Shown: positions 19,706 through 30,031 of the stretch, in pieces
How positions within the stretch are numbered: position 1 is the stretch's first letter
Layout of the letters: the number at the start of each line of letters is the position of its first letter
From: Pseudomonadota bacterium
Lineage (GTDB): Bacteria; Desulfobacterota; Desulfobacteria; Desulfobacterales; JBDRRP01
Assembly: GCA_043825735.1 (NCBI GenBank)
Contig: JBDRRP010000055.1
Location: forward strand, 62,001 to 115,384
DNA length: 53,384 nucleotides
Direction of reading: 5' to 3'
Notes under the pieces: generated by a model
Told to the model about the DNA's origin: nothing
Databases searched by the model: none
The model's input: the letters and a program-made list of their open reading frames with translations, nothing else
Made by a program: the position numbers and the translations under genes

Positions 19706-20494
19706 TTATCGCTTCAACTGGTTGGCCATCTGGAGCATCTCGTCGGCGGTCCGGATGGTTTTGCTGTTGGTTTCATAGGCCCGCTGGGCCGCGATCATTT
19801 TCACCATCTCGTCCACCACGCTCACATTGGAGCCTTCCAGGTATCCCTGGGCGATGAACCCCATGCCGTCCTCGCCGGCGGTACCGGTGGCGGGGCTGCC
19901 CGAAGCGCGGGTTTCCTCATAAAGGTTGCGCCCCATGCTTTTGAGACCGGCGGGGTTGGGAAACCGTACCATCGTGATGGTACCCACCTCTGCGGGCTCG
20001 GTCTGACCGGGCTGGAGCACCGACACGGTGCCATCAAGCCCGATTGAAATGGAGGTTGCGTCCGTAGGGATGGTGATCTCCGGCTCCATGGCAAATCCTT
20101 CGGCGGTCACGAGCCGTCCTTCGCTGTCGACGTGGAAAGCGCCGTTTCGGGTGTATGAGGCCTGACCACCCTGGGAGGTGACCTGAAAAAATCCGAGGCC
20201 CTCGATGGCCATGTCGAGCTCCCGCTTGGTATTTTGCAGCTCCCCCTGGATAAAACTCTTGCTGACACTGGAGGGCCCCGTGCCGTGACCGATCTGGATA
20301 CCCACGGCCGTTTCGGTATCCGCTGTAGACGCCGATCCGGCCTCCTTCAGGGTCTGGTAAATCATGTCCTGAAAATCCGCCCGGCTTTTCTTGAATCCGG
20401 TGGTGCTCACGTTGGCCAAGTTGTTGGCGATCACATCGATGTTCAGGGTTTGCGCCTGCATCCCGGTGGCCGCGGTCCATAGACTTCTGATCAT
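19706..20494 (-). CDS. flgG: Distal rod protein FlgG
   Basis: [12 protein letters not shown]...[27 protein letters not shown]. Confidence 0.97.
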   Translation of the reverse strand: MIRSLWTAATGMQAQTLNIDVIANNLANVSTTGFKKSRADFQDMIYQTLKEAGSASTADTETAVGIQIGHGTGPSSVSKSFIQGELQNTKRELDMAIEGLGFFQVTSQGGQASYTRNGAFHVDSEGRLVTAEGFAMEPEITIPTDATSISIGLDGTVSVLQPGQTEPAEVGTITMVRFPNPAGLKSMGRNLYEETRASGSPATGTAGEDGMGFIAQGYLEGSNVSVVDEMVKMIAAQRAYETNSKTIRTADEMLQMANQLKR

Positions 20495-20517
20495 GCTGGT
20501 CTCCTGTCTGGGCGGTC

Positions 20518-21273
20518 TTAGACCGGCCGCCCCACCTCGTTGATGGCTTTTCCGGTGGTATCATCCGCCGACCGCATGGCTTTCTGGTAAGACTCATAGG
20601 CCCGCAGCGTGTCGATCATTTCGGTCATGGTCATGATGGTGTCCACATTGCTTTGCTCCACGTGGCCTTGCTTGACGACCGCCGGCTTTTCGGGGCGCGT
20701 TGGCGTGACATCCTTCGGGGCGCTGAACCGGGTGCGCCCCATTTTTTCAAGCCGTTCAGGCGTGTCAAAGGCGACGATCTTGATGGTGTCCACCTTGGTA
20801 TCGCCCACCCAGATGCCACCCTGCTCGTCAATGTTGACTTGATCTCCTGCCAATCGAATCTCCCCCCCGTCACCCATCACCGGTTGACCATCGGAGGAAA
20901 CAAGGCTTCCGTTCTCGTCCAGACGGAACTGACCGTCTCGGGTGTACTGCTCCCCGGCGCCGGTCTGGATCACAAAAAACCCGGTGCCCACTAGGGCGAT
21001 GTCCAGTGGGTTGTCGGTGCGCCGCAAAGGGCCTGAGGAATAATCGGTGCGCGTAGCGACAATCTTTACGTGATAGTTGTCGGGCAGTTGGAGGGACCCA
21101 TCGGCCAGTGTCTGGCTATCGGCGGTGTCTTCCATGGGCAGGTAGCTGCCGAAGACCGGGTGATCGGCTTTGAACCCGGCCGTGCTGGCATTGGCCAGGT
21201 TATTGGAGAGAATTTCGAGCCGCTGCATCTGTGCGGTAGTTCCCGAAGCAACTGAGTAAACGATATCGCTCAT
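20518..21273 (-). CDS. flgF: Proximal rod protein FlgF
   Basis: Start MSDIVYS after [30 protein letters not shown]. Confidence 0.93.
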   Translation of the reverse strand: MSDIVYSVASGTTAQMQRLEILSNNLANASTAGFKADHPVFGSYLPMEDTADSQTLADGSLQLPDNYHVKIVATRTDYSSGPLRRTDNPLDIALVGTGFFVIQTGAGEQYTRDGQFRLDENGSLVSSDGQPVMGDGGEIRLAGDQVNIDEQGGIWVGDTKVDTIKIVAFDTPERLEKMGRTRFSAPKDVTPTRPEKPAVVKQGHVEQSNVDTIMTMTEMIDTLRAYESYQKAMRSADDTTGKAINEVGRPV

Positions 21274-21340
21274 GAACATCCTCCATGTCGGTGGAAGCGA
21301 ATGGCAGGTCGTGTCGACCGCCCGCTCTGCAGTTGAAGGT

Positions 21341-21356
21341 AGCAAATTCCGTACCA
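21341..21356 (-). promoter_or_regulatory. Sigma54 promoter of the flgF operon
   Basis: Minus strand TGGTACGGAATTTGCT (GG-N10-GC). Confidence 0.8.
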
Positions 21357-21643
21357 CTGAAAGTAACCGGGGGCGCCGCGACATCTGACGGCACCGGTTG
21401 GAAGTCTTGTCGGCGGTATGGGAAAGGGATGGCGGGTGAGGATCATCAGCGGCTGGCGTTTGCCGCCGTTTCGCGGTGACAGGGCAACCAGGGCGACCGG
21501 CCACTTGACGGGCAATGGTGTATTTTCCAGCGAGCCGTCGCCGCTGATCGAGATGACCCGCTTTCGGCTGCCGCAGTGACCGCGATCAGATGGCGCCCGG
21601 TTTTTGGGTGCCCGGGCGGCAGAATTTACCGCTTCACCACGAG

Positions 21644-22087
21644 TCAGTGGATGCGGCGGTTCTGCTGGCGCTGCTGAATCTTGCGGGCCAGGGACATGGT
21701 GGCCGGTGCGTGCTGCACCGGTGGTTCGTGCGACGGGTCATCCTTTGGCGGCCAGTCGTCGAGAGGTGACGCTGCAGCCTGGGCCTCTGAAGCGGCAGCG
21801 CGCGCCGCCGAAAAATGCATCGGCGCGGCGTCTTCAACGGCGGCCATGAACTGCTGCCGGTGGGCGTCCACGGCGGTAATAATGGACGAAAAGGCATTTT
21901 CGGCGACCTGGCCGATGCGGCGCGAGTCCATCATGGTGTGAAAATTGGCCGGCATCATCGGCCGGAGCGCCAGTTGCCGGCGGTAAAGACGCTGTGAGCG
22001 AAAAATCAGCGCGACACTGGCCAGGCAGATGACCAGAGCGACGCCGTCAACGGCCATTTCAAGAATCGTCAGGATCTCAGTGGGCAT
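21644..22087 (-). CDS. Small membrane-anchored hypothetical protein downstream of fliA (DUF2802-like position)
   Basis: AAGGAG RBS; N-terminal TM helix VDGVALVICLASVALIF. Confidence 0.6.
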   Translation of the reverse strand: MPTEILTILEMAVDGVALVICLASVALIFRSQRLYRRQLALRPMMPANFHTMMDSRRIGQVAENAFSSIITAVDAHRQQFMAAVEDAAPMHFSAARAAASEAQAAASPLDDWPPKDDPSHEPPVQHAPATMSLARKIQQRQQNRRIH

Positions 22088-22100
22088 GGGCTTTCTCCTT

Positions 22101-22260
22101 TGCCGTCAACCGCCGGGGATTGTTGATTGGCGATTGTTGATTGTTGATTGGCATTGCTTTTTCTCTGTCTTTTCTGTCCTCTGACATCTGTCCTCTGACC
22201 TCTGACCTCTGACCTCTGACATCTGACATCTGTCTTCTTCCCGCCAATCTGTTGACGGCA
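22101..22260. repeat. Two heptamer tandem arrays bounded by a 10-bp inverted repeat
   Basis: TGCCGTCAAC (22101-22110) / GTTGACGGCA (22251-22260); GATTGKY x5 (22118-22152); TCTGWCH x9 (22173-22235). Confidence 0.8.
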
Positions 22261-22301
22261 CCGGCAATCTTTCGGCGCCGGGCGAGCGCTGTGGATGGGC
22301 A

Positions 22302-23048
22302 CTAACTAACATCGATGAGCCCCTGCTTGCGCAAGTGGTTGCGCATTCGGATAATGGCCTGGCTGTGGATCTGAGAAACCCGCGACTCGGTGATATTGAG
22401 CGCCTTGCCGGCCTCTTTCATCGTGAGTTCATCCATGTAGTAAAGGGAAATCACCAGTTTTTCTTTTTCAGGAAGATTCTCGACGGCTTCTGCGATGCCG
22501 GTCTGCAACTCTTTTAGCCGGGTCATGGTGAGGGCGTCAGCCCCATCGCCGGACATCAAGGCATTTAAGATGGTTGTCTTTTCATCGTCCGAGTGGACAC
22601 CCATCTCCTCGAAGCTGACAAACGAAATGCTCGACATCCGCTTGATATCATGGAAAGTATCCAGCTCAACGCCCATTTCATGGGCCAGTTCCTCCGCTGT
22701 CGGCGGACGACCGAACCGGTTTTCCATGGCCATGAACGTCTGGTCCATTTCGCGCACTTTCTTCCGATTGGAGCGGGACAGAAAATCCCTGGAGCGCAGT
22801 TCGCTGAGCACCGCGCCTTTGATCCGGAAGATGGCATACGTAAGAAAACTGTTGTCTCTGGTCGGATCGTACCGGTCCAGTGCCTGGATGAGTCCGATGA
22901 CGCCCACATGGATCAGATCGTCCACCTCAACATGCTGCGGCAGATGAACCGCAATTCGGTGTACGACCCGTTTCACGTAGGGCAGGTAACTCTCGATGAT
23001 CTCTTCCCGCGTCGGTTGCGCAGGAGTTAGAGATGCTTTCGCCGCCAT
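22302..23048 (-). CDS. fliA: Flagellar sigma factor sigma28 (FliA/WhiG family)
   Basis: Start MAAKASL; VDDLIHVGVIGL, RIKGAVLSELR, ITESRVSQIH. Confidence 0.95.
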   Translation of the reverse strand: MAAKASLTPAQPTREEIIESYLPYVKRVVHRIAVHLPQHVEVDDLIHVGVIGLIQALDRYDPTRDNSFLTYAIFRIKGAVLSELRSRDFLSRSNRKKVREMDQTFMAMENRFGRPPTAEELAHEMGVELDTFHDIKRMSSISFVSFEEMGVHSDDEKTTILNALMSGDGADALTMTRLKELQTGIAEAVENLPEKEKLVISLYYMDELTMKEAGKALNITESRVSQIHSQAIIRMRNHLRKQGLIDVS

Positions 23049-23097
23049 GGCTGCTCTCTTTCGGTAAGTGGTGGGGCAGCGTCGGAGCCGCTCCCGA

Positions 23098-24042
23098 TCA
23101 GTCGTTTTCAGCGCGTACCGGCTGTTTTCTCTCGAACTTTTCTTCCAGCAGGTAACGCCAGAAATGGTTGTCGTATCCTTCGGGCACCACCGGCGCCGGC
23201 ATTGCCACAATCACGTCGGCCAGGGCCCGAATGCTTCGGCTGGCAGGGGCCTCCGGGTTGACGTCGCACACCAGGGACTGGCGCCGCACCGCTGTGACGA
23301 GCGCCTGGTCGCGCATCACACTGCCGCAATATTCCATGGAAATGTCCAGAAACCGGCGGCTGACCAGATCCAACTGCCGAAACACTTCTTCGCCTTCCCG
23401 TTCCGAGGCGGCCATATTGACGACCACGTTGAACCGATCCTCGCCATATTTGAGTCGCATGACCTTCATGAGGGCGTAGGCATCGGTAATGGCTGTGGGT
23501 TCTGGTGTCACCAGCACCACAATATCATGCGCGGACACATTAAAGTACATGACATTTGAGGAAATCCCCGCTGCCGTATCGATGAGCAGAATGTCCGCCG
23601 TGTCCATGACCGCATCCAGCGATGTGATGAGCCGCATCCGTTGGGCTGGTGTCAATGCGGTGATGTCCTGGATGCCCGAGGAAGCGGGTAGAATCTGCAT
23701 TCCTCCCGGCCCCGTGACCAGAATGTCCGCCACGCGCTTTTCCCCGTTGATGACATGAGACAGATTATAGCGCGGGGCCTTTCCCAGGAGAACATCGACG
23801 TTGCCCAGCCCGAGATCGGCATCCAGAACGAGCACGCGCAGTCCGGCCGTGCACATCGTAAATGCCAGATTGGCGACGATGTTGGTTTTTCCCACGCCGC
23901 CCTTGCCGCTGGTGACCGACACCACGCGGGTGTTGGATCGGTGCGCCGTGGAATCGTTTTCCCGGCCATGACCATTTTTCGCGATCAGTTTGCGGGAGAG
24001 GTTGATGACCTTTCCACCATTTTCCGATGAACGTTTTTCCAT
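23098..24042 (-). CDS. fleN: MinD-like flagellar number regulator FleN/FlhG
   Basis: SGKGGVGKT, DADLGLGN, DTAAG, PEPTAITDAYA; follows flhF. Confidence 0.93.
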   Translation of the reverse strand: MEKRSSENGGKVINLSRKLIAKNGHGRENDSTAHRSNTRVVSVTSGKGGVGKTNIVANLAFTMCTAGLRVLVLDADLGLGNVDVLLGKAPRYNLSHVINGEKRVADILVTGPGGMQILPASSGIQDITALTPAQRMRLITSLDAVMDTADILLIDTAAGISSNVMYFNVSAHDIVVLVTPEPTAITDAYALMKVMRLKYGEDRFNVVVNMAASEREGEEVFRQLDLVSRRFLDISMEYCGSVMRDQALVTAVRRQSLVCDVNPEAPASRSIRALADVIVAMPAPVVPEGYDNHFWRYLLEEKFERKQPVRAEND

Positions 24043-24080
24043 TGTTTACAGACTCCCAGGGGGAACGGTCGTTATCGATA

Positions 24081-25505
24081 TCAGGCCAGGTTTCCGACTC
24101 TGGCGGGCGGCGGCATCCGGGTTCCGGAAGCCAACGGTCTCGGTTTGCAGTAACGGCAGGGGTTAAATCCCTGCGATAACGCATCTTCCATACTATCAAA
24201 AGAGATGAAGTTTTCCGATTTGATCATCTTGGTCCATTTGCAGTCCGTGCGGTGAAAAATGTCGGAGTTGCTGTTGGCCACAAAGGGCTGCCCTGCGTTG
24301 TCGATGGCCCGGGCAGATCGCGGCACGTCCTGCCGGCGCTGCCCGTCAGCCGGTGTCACGGTCATAGGGTGCGCCTCGGTCGTCCCGGGCGTGTAGTCCG
24401 CCACCAGGCGACGGGCCAGCCAGACCATCGTGCCATCGTGAAGGTCTTCAGGAATTTCACTTCCGTCGCTGACAAAGGCCAGGGGCATCCGGCTCCGGTG
24501 CAGCACGTTGAGCACGTTGCCGCAGCTGACGCTTTCATCGAATTTGGTAAAAACCAGAGCGCCAACGGCCAGCGGTTGAAACCCGTTCATGATCCGGTCC
24601 AGGTCTTCCTCTTTGGTGCCGACACTCATGACCAGATGGACCTCCGCATGCCGGGCACCCTTGAGCAGTTGCTGGAGGGATGCCAGTGACTTGACGTCGC
24701 CGGGGGCGATGCCCGGGGTATCCACCAGTACCACCTCGCAACCGGACAGGGCGGACAGGGCGTGTTTGAGTGATTTCGGATCAAACACCGGGGCCATGGG
24801 CACCTGCAGGATATCGGCATAGAGCTGCATCTGTTCAACGGCGCCGATGCGCTGGTGATCCAGGGTCAATAACCCAACGGTCAGGCCCTCGTCGACGGCC
24901 ATCCGCGTGGCCAACTTGATGACGGTCGTAGTCTTGCCGACTCCGGAGGGACCGACAAAAACCATGACGGCCGGGGCAGCCGATGTCTGCTGAGGCGCCC
25001 GGGTGCGAATGCCTTCCAATTCCAGGGCATTGGCCAGAGCCGCTGCCGGATGCGCCGACGCCGATCCCATGCGGCGAAGGCATTTGTCCGTGAGGATGCG
25101 GTTGACACCCTGCCCGTCCAGATGCCTTCTGAAACGGCTGTCGTCTCGCGGGGCGGCCGGCGGCGTTTCTTCCGCGGCCGCTCGCCCCGCCCTGCCCTTC
25201 AAACCGGCGATGCCATTATTGATCGATGACATGATCCGTCCGCTGGTGCGTCGCCGCGCGGCACCCATCGACAGGGTCACCACATCATCGCCGGACGCGG
25301 GCGGTTGCGCCGGTGAGACCGCACGACCCATCGACGACGGATCGATGGCGGCCGTAACCTCAACCCCCTTGGTCTTTGCACCGCCCAGCACCCCATAAGA
25401 GCGGATGCTCTTGGCAGACAGGATCACTGCATCAGGCCCGAACTCCTGCTTAATCACGGCCAGGGCCGCCGTCATGTCTTTGGCTTCGAATCGTTTGATC
25501 TGCAT
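24081..25505 (-). CDS. flhF: SRP-type GTPase FlhF with C-terminal Ada-like Zn-binding domain
   Basis: MQIKRFEA, GPSGVGKTT, DTPG, TKFDE; C-terminal FVANSNSDIFHRTDC...GFNPCRYCKP. Confidence 0.93.
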   Translation of the reverse strand: MQIKRFEAKDMTAALAVIKQEFGPDAVILSAKSIRSYGVLGGAKTKGVEVTAAIDPSSMGRAVSPAQPPASGDDVVTLSMGAARRRTSGRIMSSINNGIAGLKGRAGRAAAEETPPAAPRDDSRFRRHLDGQGVNRILTDKCLRRMGSASAHPAAALANALELEGIRTRAPQQTSAAPAVMVFVGPSGVGKTTTVIKLATRMAVDEGLTVGLLTLDHQRIGAVEQMQLYADILQVPMAPVFDPKSLKHALSALSGCEVVLVDTPGIAPGDVKSLASLQQLLKGARHAEVHLVMSVGTKEEDLDRIMNGFQPLAVGALVFTKFDESVSCGNVLNVLHRSRMPLAFVSDGSEIPEDLHDGTMVWLARRLVADYTPGTTEAHPMTVTPADGQRRQDVPRSARAIDNAGQPFVANSNSDIFHRTDCKWTKMIKSENFISFDSMEDALSQGFNPCRYCKPRPLASGTRMPPPARVGNLA

Positions 25506-25506
25506 C

Positions 25507-27606
25507 TTAGAGTGTCACCGTCCCCAAAGCTTGAATGTTGGCGTTGGTCAGGATCTCCTCGTAGGAAATCACCGACAGGTTCGGGAAAAACCGATCGAGC
25601 AGTTTTTTCACATGGAGGCGTATGGGTGCCGAGCACAGCACCACCGGGTTTTCATGCCGCTCTTTATATTGGTTGAGTGCCACTGAGAGTTTTTCGGCAA
25701 TCAACTGGGCGGTCTTTGGGTCAATGGTGAGGTAGGAACCCTGCTGGGTGTGCTGGATGGCATCGGCCACGGCGCTTTCCACGCTCTGGTCCAGGGTAAT
25801 CACCGCCAGAGTGTCCTGATGGCCCTGATGCATGCCCGTGATGGTCCGGCTCAGCGCCTGACGCACATACTCGGTCAGCAGTTCGAAGTCCTTGCTCACC
25901 GGCGCCCAGTCGGCGAGGGTTTCCAGAATGGCCAGCAGATCGCGGATGGGCACCTGTTCGCGCAGCAGGTTCTTCAGGACCTTCACCACACCGCCCAGAC
26001 TCACCAGATTGGGTACCAGTTCATCCACCACCTTGGGGTGGGTCTCCTTGAGTTTGTCCAGCAAGTGCTGAGCTTCCTGACGGCCAAGCAGTTCATGGGC
26101 ATGCCGGTTGATGACATCCGACAGATGGGTGGTGAGCACTGTTGCCAGGTCCACCACCGTGTAGCCCGCAGCAATGGCTTTTTCCCGCACCGATTCCCGG
26201 ATCCACAGGGCCGGCAACCCGTAGGTGGGCTCCGTGGTGGGGATGCCGTCGATGGTATCCACCGCGGTACCGGCGTTCATGGCCAGAAAATGATTGGTCA
26301 TGAGTTCGCCCTTGGCCACAACGTTACCCTTCAAAAAGATGGCGTACTCTCCGGGCCGGAACTGCATGTTATCCTGAATGTGAATGGAGGGCACGACAAT
26401 ACCGATGTCCTGGACCATTTGCCGGCGGATGGCCTTGATGCGGTCCAGCAGTTCTCCGTCCTGCTCCATGTCCACCAGGGGGATGAGCCCGTAGCCGATT
26501 TCCAGGGAAAGAATGTCCAGCGGCGGCAGCGGCTGGACCTGGGCGCCGGGCAGCGCCTTGACTTCCGCGGCCTCGATCATATCCCTTTCACTCGCCTCGC
26601 CCTCCTTGCCGGCCTTGAACAGAAAATAGGCGAGCGTGCCCGACAGGATACCCAGCGACATGAACGGCACCGTGGGCAGCCCGGGGATCAGACCAAAACC
26701 GATGAGAACGACGGATGCCACGGCAATGGCCCGGGGCTGGTTGAAAATCTGCTCGGCGACTTCCCGGCCCAGGCTGGCCTCGGCGCCGGCGCGGGTGACG
26801 ATGATACCCGCCGCCGTAGAGATGATCAGGGCCGGGATCTGGCTCACCAGGCCGTCACCCACGGTGAGCAGGGTGTAGTTCTGGGCAGCGTCGGCAAAGG
26901 ACATGTCGTTTTGGAACACACCGATGATGAGGCCCCCCACGATGTTGATGCCCGTTATAATCATGCCGGCCACCGCATCGCCCTTGACGAACTTGTTGGC
27001 GCCGTCCATGGCCCCGTAGTATTCCGATTCACGGGCAATCTCCAGGCGGCGGGCCTTTGCTTCGTCCTCATCGATGATGCCGGCGTTCAGATCCGCATCG
27101 ATGCTCATTTGCTTGCCGGGCATGGCGTCCAGGGTAAACCGGGCGGCCACCTCGGCGATACGGCCGGCCCCTTTGGTAATAACCATAAAATTGATCAGCA
27201 CCAGAATAATGAAGACGATGATCCCGATGACGTAATTGCCGCCGACAACGAAATTACCGAAGGCGTTGATGACCTTGCCGGCGGCACTGGTACCTTCGTT
27301 GCCGTGGAGCAGAATCATTCGCGTGGAGGCCACGTTCAGTGAGAGCCGAAAGAGTGTGGTGAGCAGCAGGACCGAAGGAAACGCCCCGAACTCCAGCGGC
27401 TTGAGCACGTACATCCCCACCAGCAGGATCACCAGGGAGATGGTGATGTTCAGCGACAGCATCAGGTCCAGCAAAAACGCGGGGATCGGAATCAGCATCA
27501 CACACAGAATGCCCACCAGCCCGAGCGGCATCAGGAGCTCGCTGTTGTTGGTGAGAAACGGAATCTGGCCGGCGTAAGGTCTTTGTTTGGCGAGCTCCAT
27601 ATCCAT
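25507..27606 (-). CDS. flhA: Flagellar export protein FlhA
   Basis: RIAEVAARFTLDAMPGKQMSIDADL, GAMDGA. Confidence 0.97.
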   Translation of the reverse strand: MDMELAKQRPYAGQIPFLTNNSELLMPLGLVGILCVMLIPIPAFLLDLMLSLNITISLVILLVGMYVLKPLEFGAFPSVLLLTTLFRLSLNVASTRMILLHGNEGTSAAGKVINAFGNFVVGGNYVIGIIVFIILVLINFMVITKGAGRIAEVAARFTLDAMPGKQMSIDADLNAGIIDEDEAKARRLEIARESEYYGAMDGANKFVKGDAVAGMIITGINIVGGLIIGVFQNDMSFADAAQNYTLLTVGDGLVSQIPALIISTAAGIIVTRAGAEASLGREVAEQIFNQPRAIAVASVVLIGFGLIPGLPTVPFMSLGILSGTLAYFLFKAGKEGEASERDMIEAAEVKALPGAQVQPLPPLDILSLEIGYGLIPLVDMEQDGELLDRIKAIRRQMVQDIGIVVPSIHIQDNMQFRPGEYAIFLKGNVVAKGELMTNHFLAMNAGTAVDTIDGIPTTEPTYGLPALWIRESVREKAIAAGYTVVDLATVLTTHLSDVINRHAHELLGRQEAQHLLDKLKETHPKVVDELVPNLVSLGGVVKVLKNLLREQVPIRDLLAILETLADWAPVSKDFELLTEYVRQALSRTITGMHQGHQDTLAVITLDQSVESAVADAIQHTQQGSYLTIDPKTAQLIAEKLSVALNQYKERHENPVVLCSAPIRLHVKKLLDRFFPNLSVISYEEILTNANIQALGTVTL

Positions 27607-27680
27607 TCAACTCCAATTCAGTTTACGTGCGTCAGATAGCGGGCGTGACCGCGGCAATCGGAAATGGAAAGATGCACTTT

Positions 27681-28766
27681 TCATGCCTGCTCTGAACGCC
27701 CCCCGGTCTTGCCCTTGAGCCGGTAGACGTAGGCCAGCACTTCGGCAACCGCCCGGTAAAGATCCACGGGGATGGTGCCGCCCACTTCCACGGTCTTGAA
27801 TAGTGCTCTGGCCAGCGGTTTCTGCTCCACCAGCGGGATGCCGTTTTCGGCGGCGATTTCCCGTATGCGGCGGGCCACTTCTCCGGCCCCCATGGCCAAC
27901 ACCCGCGGCGCGTCCATTGACGCGGCGTCAAATTCCAGGGCAATGGCCAGATGGGTGGGGTTGGTGATGACGACATCGGCGCGGGGCACGGCCGCCATCA
28001 TCCGCTGCCGTGACATCTCGCGCTGCATTTTTCGAATGCGCCCTTTGATCTGGGGGTCGCCCATGGTCTGGCGCATTTCGTCTTTCACTTCCTGCTTGGT
28101 CATGCGCAATTCCTTGGCATGCTGCCATTTCTGGAAAGCAAAATCCAACACGGCCACGGCGATCAGGGCCAGGCACACGAAAAAGGCGATTTGAAAGGCG
28201 GCCTCGCCAAAAAATACCAGTATCTGCCCTACCGTCATATTCATCAGCCCCGGGATGTCATCGATCTGACGCTTGGCCACCAGATACGCCACGGATCCCA
28301 CCACAATGAGCTTCACCCCGCTTTTGAGCAGTTCCATCAAGGATTTCAGGGAGATCAGCTTCTTGATGCCGTTGATGGGATCGAGCTTTTCCAGCTTCGG
28401 CATCAACGGCTCGGTCGTGACCTGAAACCCGATCTGCATCACGTTGCCCGTGATGCCGCAAAAAATCACGGCCAGCAGCACTGGCGTCAGCAGCAGCAGG
28501 ATCTGACTGAAGATATGCATGAGCAGACGGTGGGCTGCCGGGATGCTGCCGGCCCGATAGCTGTTGAGGTGAGCGAAGATGTCTGTCATGGTACCCGAGA
28601 GCAGGGCCAGCATCCACCCGCCGGTGAAGTAGAACACCCCCATGACGGCGATGAGGATCATTACCGACGGCACTTCCCGGCTGAGGGCCACCTGCCCCTT
28701 GCCACGCGCATCTTCGAGTTTTTTCCCCGTCGCGGGTTCTGTTTTTTCCTGATCACTGTCAGCCAT
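27681..28766 (-). CDS. flhB: Flagellar export protein FlhB
   Basis: EKTE N-terminus, NPTH autocleavage motif. Confidence 0.97.
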   Translation of the reverse strand: MADSDQEKTEPATGKKLEDARGKGQVALSREVPSVMILIAVMGVFYFTGGWMLALLSGTMTDIFAHLNSYRAGSIPAAHRLLMHIFSQILLLLTPVLLAVIFCGITGNVMQIGFQVTTEPLMPKLEKLDPINGIKKLISLKSLMELLKSGVKLIVVGSVAYLVAKRQIDDIPGLMNMTVGQILVFFGEAAFQIAFFVCLALIAVAVLDFAFQKWQHAKELRMTKQEVKDEMRQTMGDPQIKGRIRKMQREMSRQRMMAAVPRADVVITNPTHLAIALEFDAASMDAPRVLAMGAGEVARRIREIAAENGIPLVEQKPLARALFKTVEVGGTIPVDLYRAVAEVLAYVYRLKGKTGGRSEQA

Positions 28767-28772
28767 GAATCG

Positions 28773-29561
28773 TCAGGCTCCCATGAGGGTAATGAGTCTG
28801 AGCAAAATTTTGGGCAATTCGGTGAACAGCCCCTCCAGATAATTGATGAAATGCGGCAGGGTGATCCCGACAAACACCAGCCCCACCATGATATTGAGCG
28901 GCATCGCCACAATGAACACATTCATCTGGGGAACGGTCCGTGCCACCAGTCCCAGCGCCACGCTCACCAGGAGCAGGGCGATGATCACCGGCGCGCCCAC
29001 TTTGACGGCCACCACAAACATCTGCCCGCCCAGTCCCATCAAATCATGGATAAGCTGCGGGCTCACGGACATGCCGCCGATAGGGATCCTGTAGAAACTT
29101 TCCACCATGGCCTTCAGGCACCAGTGGTGCGCATTCATGACCAGAAAGAGCAGCGTGGCGATCAGGTTGTAGAGCTGGCCAAGAATCGGCACCTGGTCAC
29201 TGGTATTGGGGTCCACCACGTTGGCCAGCGCCAGCCCCATCTGGTAGCCGGCCATCTGCCCGGCCAGTTGAATACCCGAAAAGAGCAGGCGCACAGTGAG
29301 GCCGATGACCATGCCGATGAGAATTTCGGCCCCTGCGGCCAGGGCCAGGGCCAGGGGCCGGCCCACCGGGGGCACACTCACGCCGCTGAGCAGCGGCAAC
29401 AGTAAAAAGGCGGTGGCAAAGGCGAGCCCTAAGCGAAAAATAATGGGGATATTGCGGCTGCCGAACACCGGCAGCCCGGTGAACATGGCCCCCATCCGCA
29501 AAAACACGAACACGAAGAGATCGAACCGGGGCATTAAAACGGTGACGGTTTCCATGCTCAA
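28773..29561 (-). CDS. fliR: Flagellar export protein FliR
   Basis: Multi-TM; AGQMAGYQMG, RTVPQMNVF. Confidence 0.95.
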   Translation of the reverse strand: MSMETVTVLMPRFDLFVFVFLRMGAMFTGLPVFGSRNIPIIFRLGLAFATAFLLLPLLSGVSVPPVGRPLALALAAGAEILIGMVIGLTVRLLFSGIQLAGQMAGYQMGLALANVVDPNTSDQVPILGQLYNLIATLLFLVMNAHHWCLKAMVESFYRIPIGGMSVSPQLIHDLMGLGGQMFVVAVKVGAPVIIALLLVSVALGLVARTVPQMNVFIVAMPLNIMVGLVFVGITLPHFINYLEGLFTELPKILLRLITLMGA

Positions 29562-29602
29562 CCCCCCGCTGCCGTTTGATTCGTCACAAAAGAAACGAAT
29601 TC

Positions 29603-29686
29603 ACCACGGAGAACACGGAGTTCGCAGAGACCCCCTGAAAGAGACAACTGAGATTTCATCTCCGTGTCCTCCGTGTTCTCCGTGGT
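29603..29686. repeat. REP-like inverted repeat with triple CACGGAG-type units, between fliQ and fliR
   Basis: accacggagaacacggagttcgcagag ... ctccgtgtcctccgtgttctccgtggt. Confidence 0.8.
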
Positions 29687-29721
29687 TCTGAAATCCATTT
29701 TTTTGATACCGCCAGGCTTCT

Positions 29722-29991
29722 TCACCGGGCAACGGTGGGAATCATCGTCACGATATTTTGCATAAAATCGATCATGGTCTGGATCATCCACGGAAACAGC
29801 AGCAGCAGGACCAGCGCCACCACCAGCATTTTGGGGATGAAGGTGAGCGTCATCTCGTTGATCTGGGTGGCGGCCTGGAACATACTGATCAGAATACCAA
29901 CCGCCAGTCCCGAAAGGAGCATGGGCGCCGACAGGAGAATGGCAGTCTTGATGGCCTGAAGAAAAATTCCGGTTATAAATTCCGGGGTCAT
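29722..29991 (-). CDS. fliQ: Flagellar export protein FliQ
   Basis: FQAATQINEMTLTFIPK. Confidence 0.96.
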   Translation of the reverse strand: MTPEFITGIFLQAIKTAILLSAPMLLSGLAVGILISMFQAATQINEMTLTFIPKMLVVALVLLLLFPWMIQTMIDFMQNIVTMIPTVAR

Positions 29992-30031
29992 AACAACTCC
30001 TTAGTGCGCAAACTCAGATGGCAACTTCAGG

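Noticed and set aside
20518..23210. Apparent long N-terminal extensions of FlgF and FliA (also CheB, FliP, FliL and the FleR-like regulator) in the ORF track
   Set aside because: Downstream ATGs with good RBSs give canonical lengths, and several extensions run across promoters or neighbouring genes.
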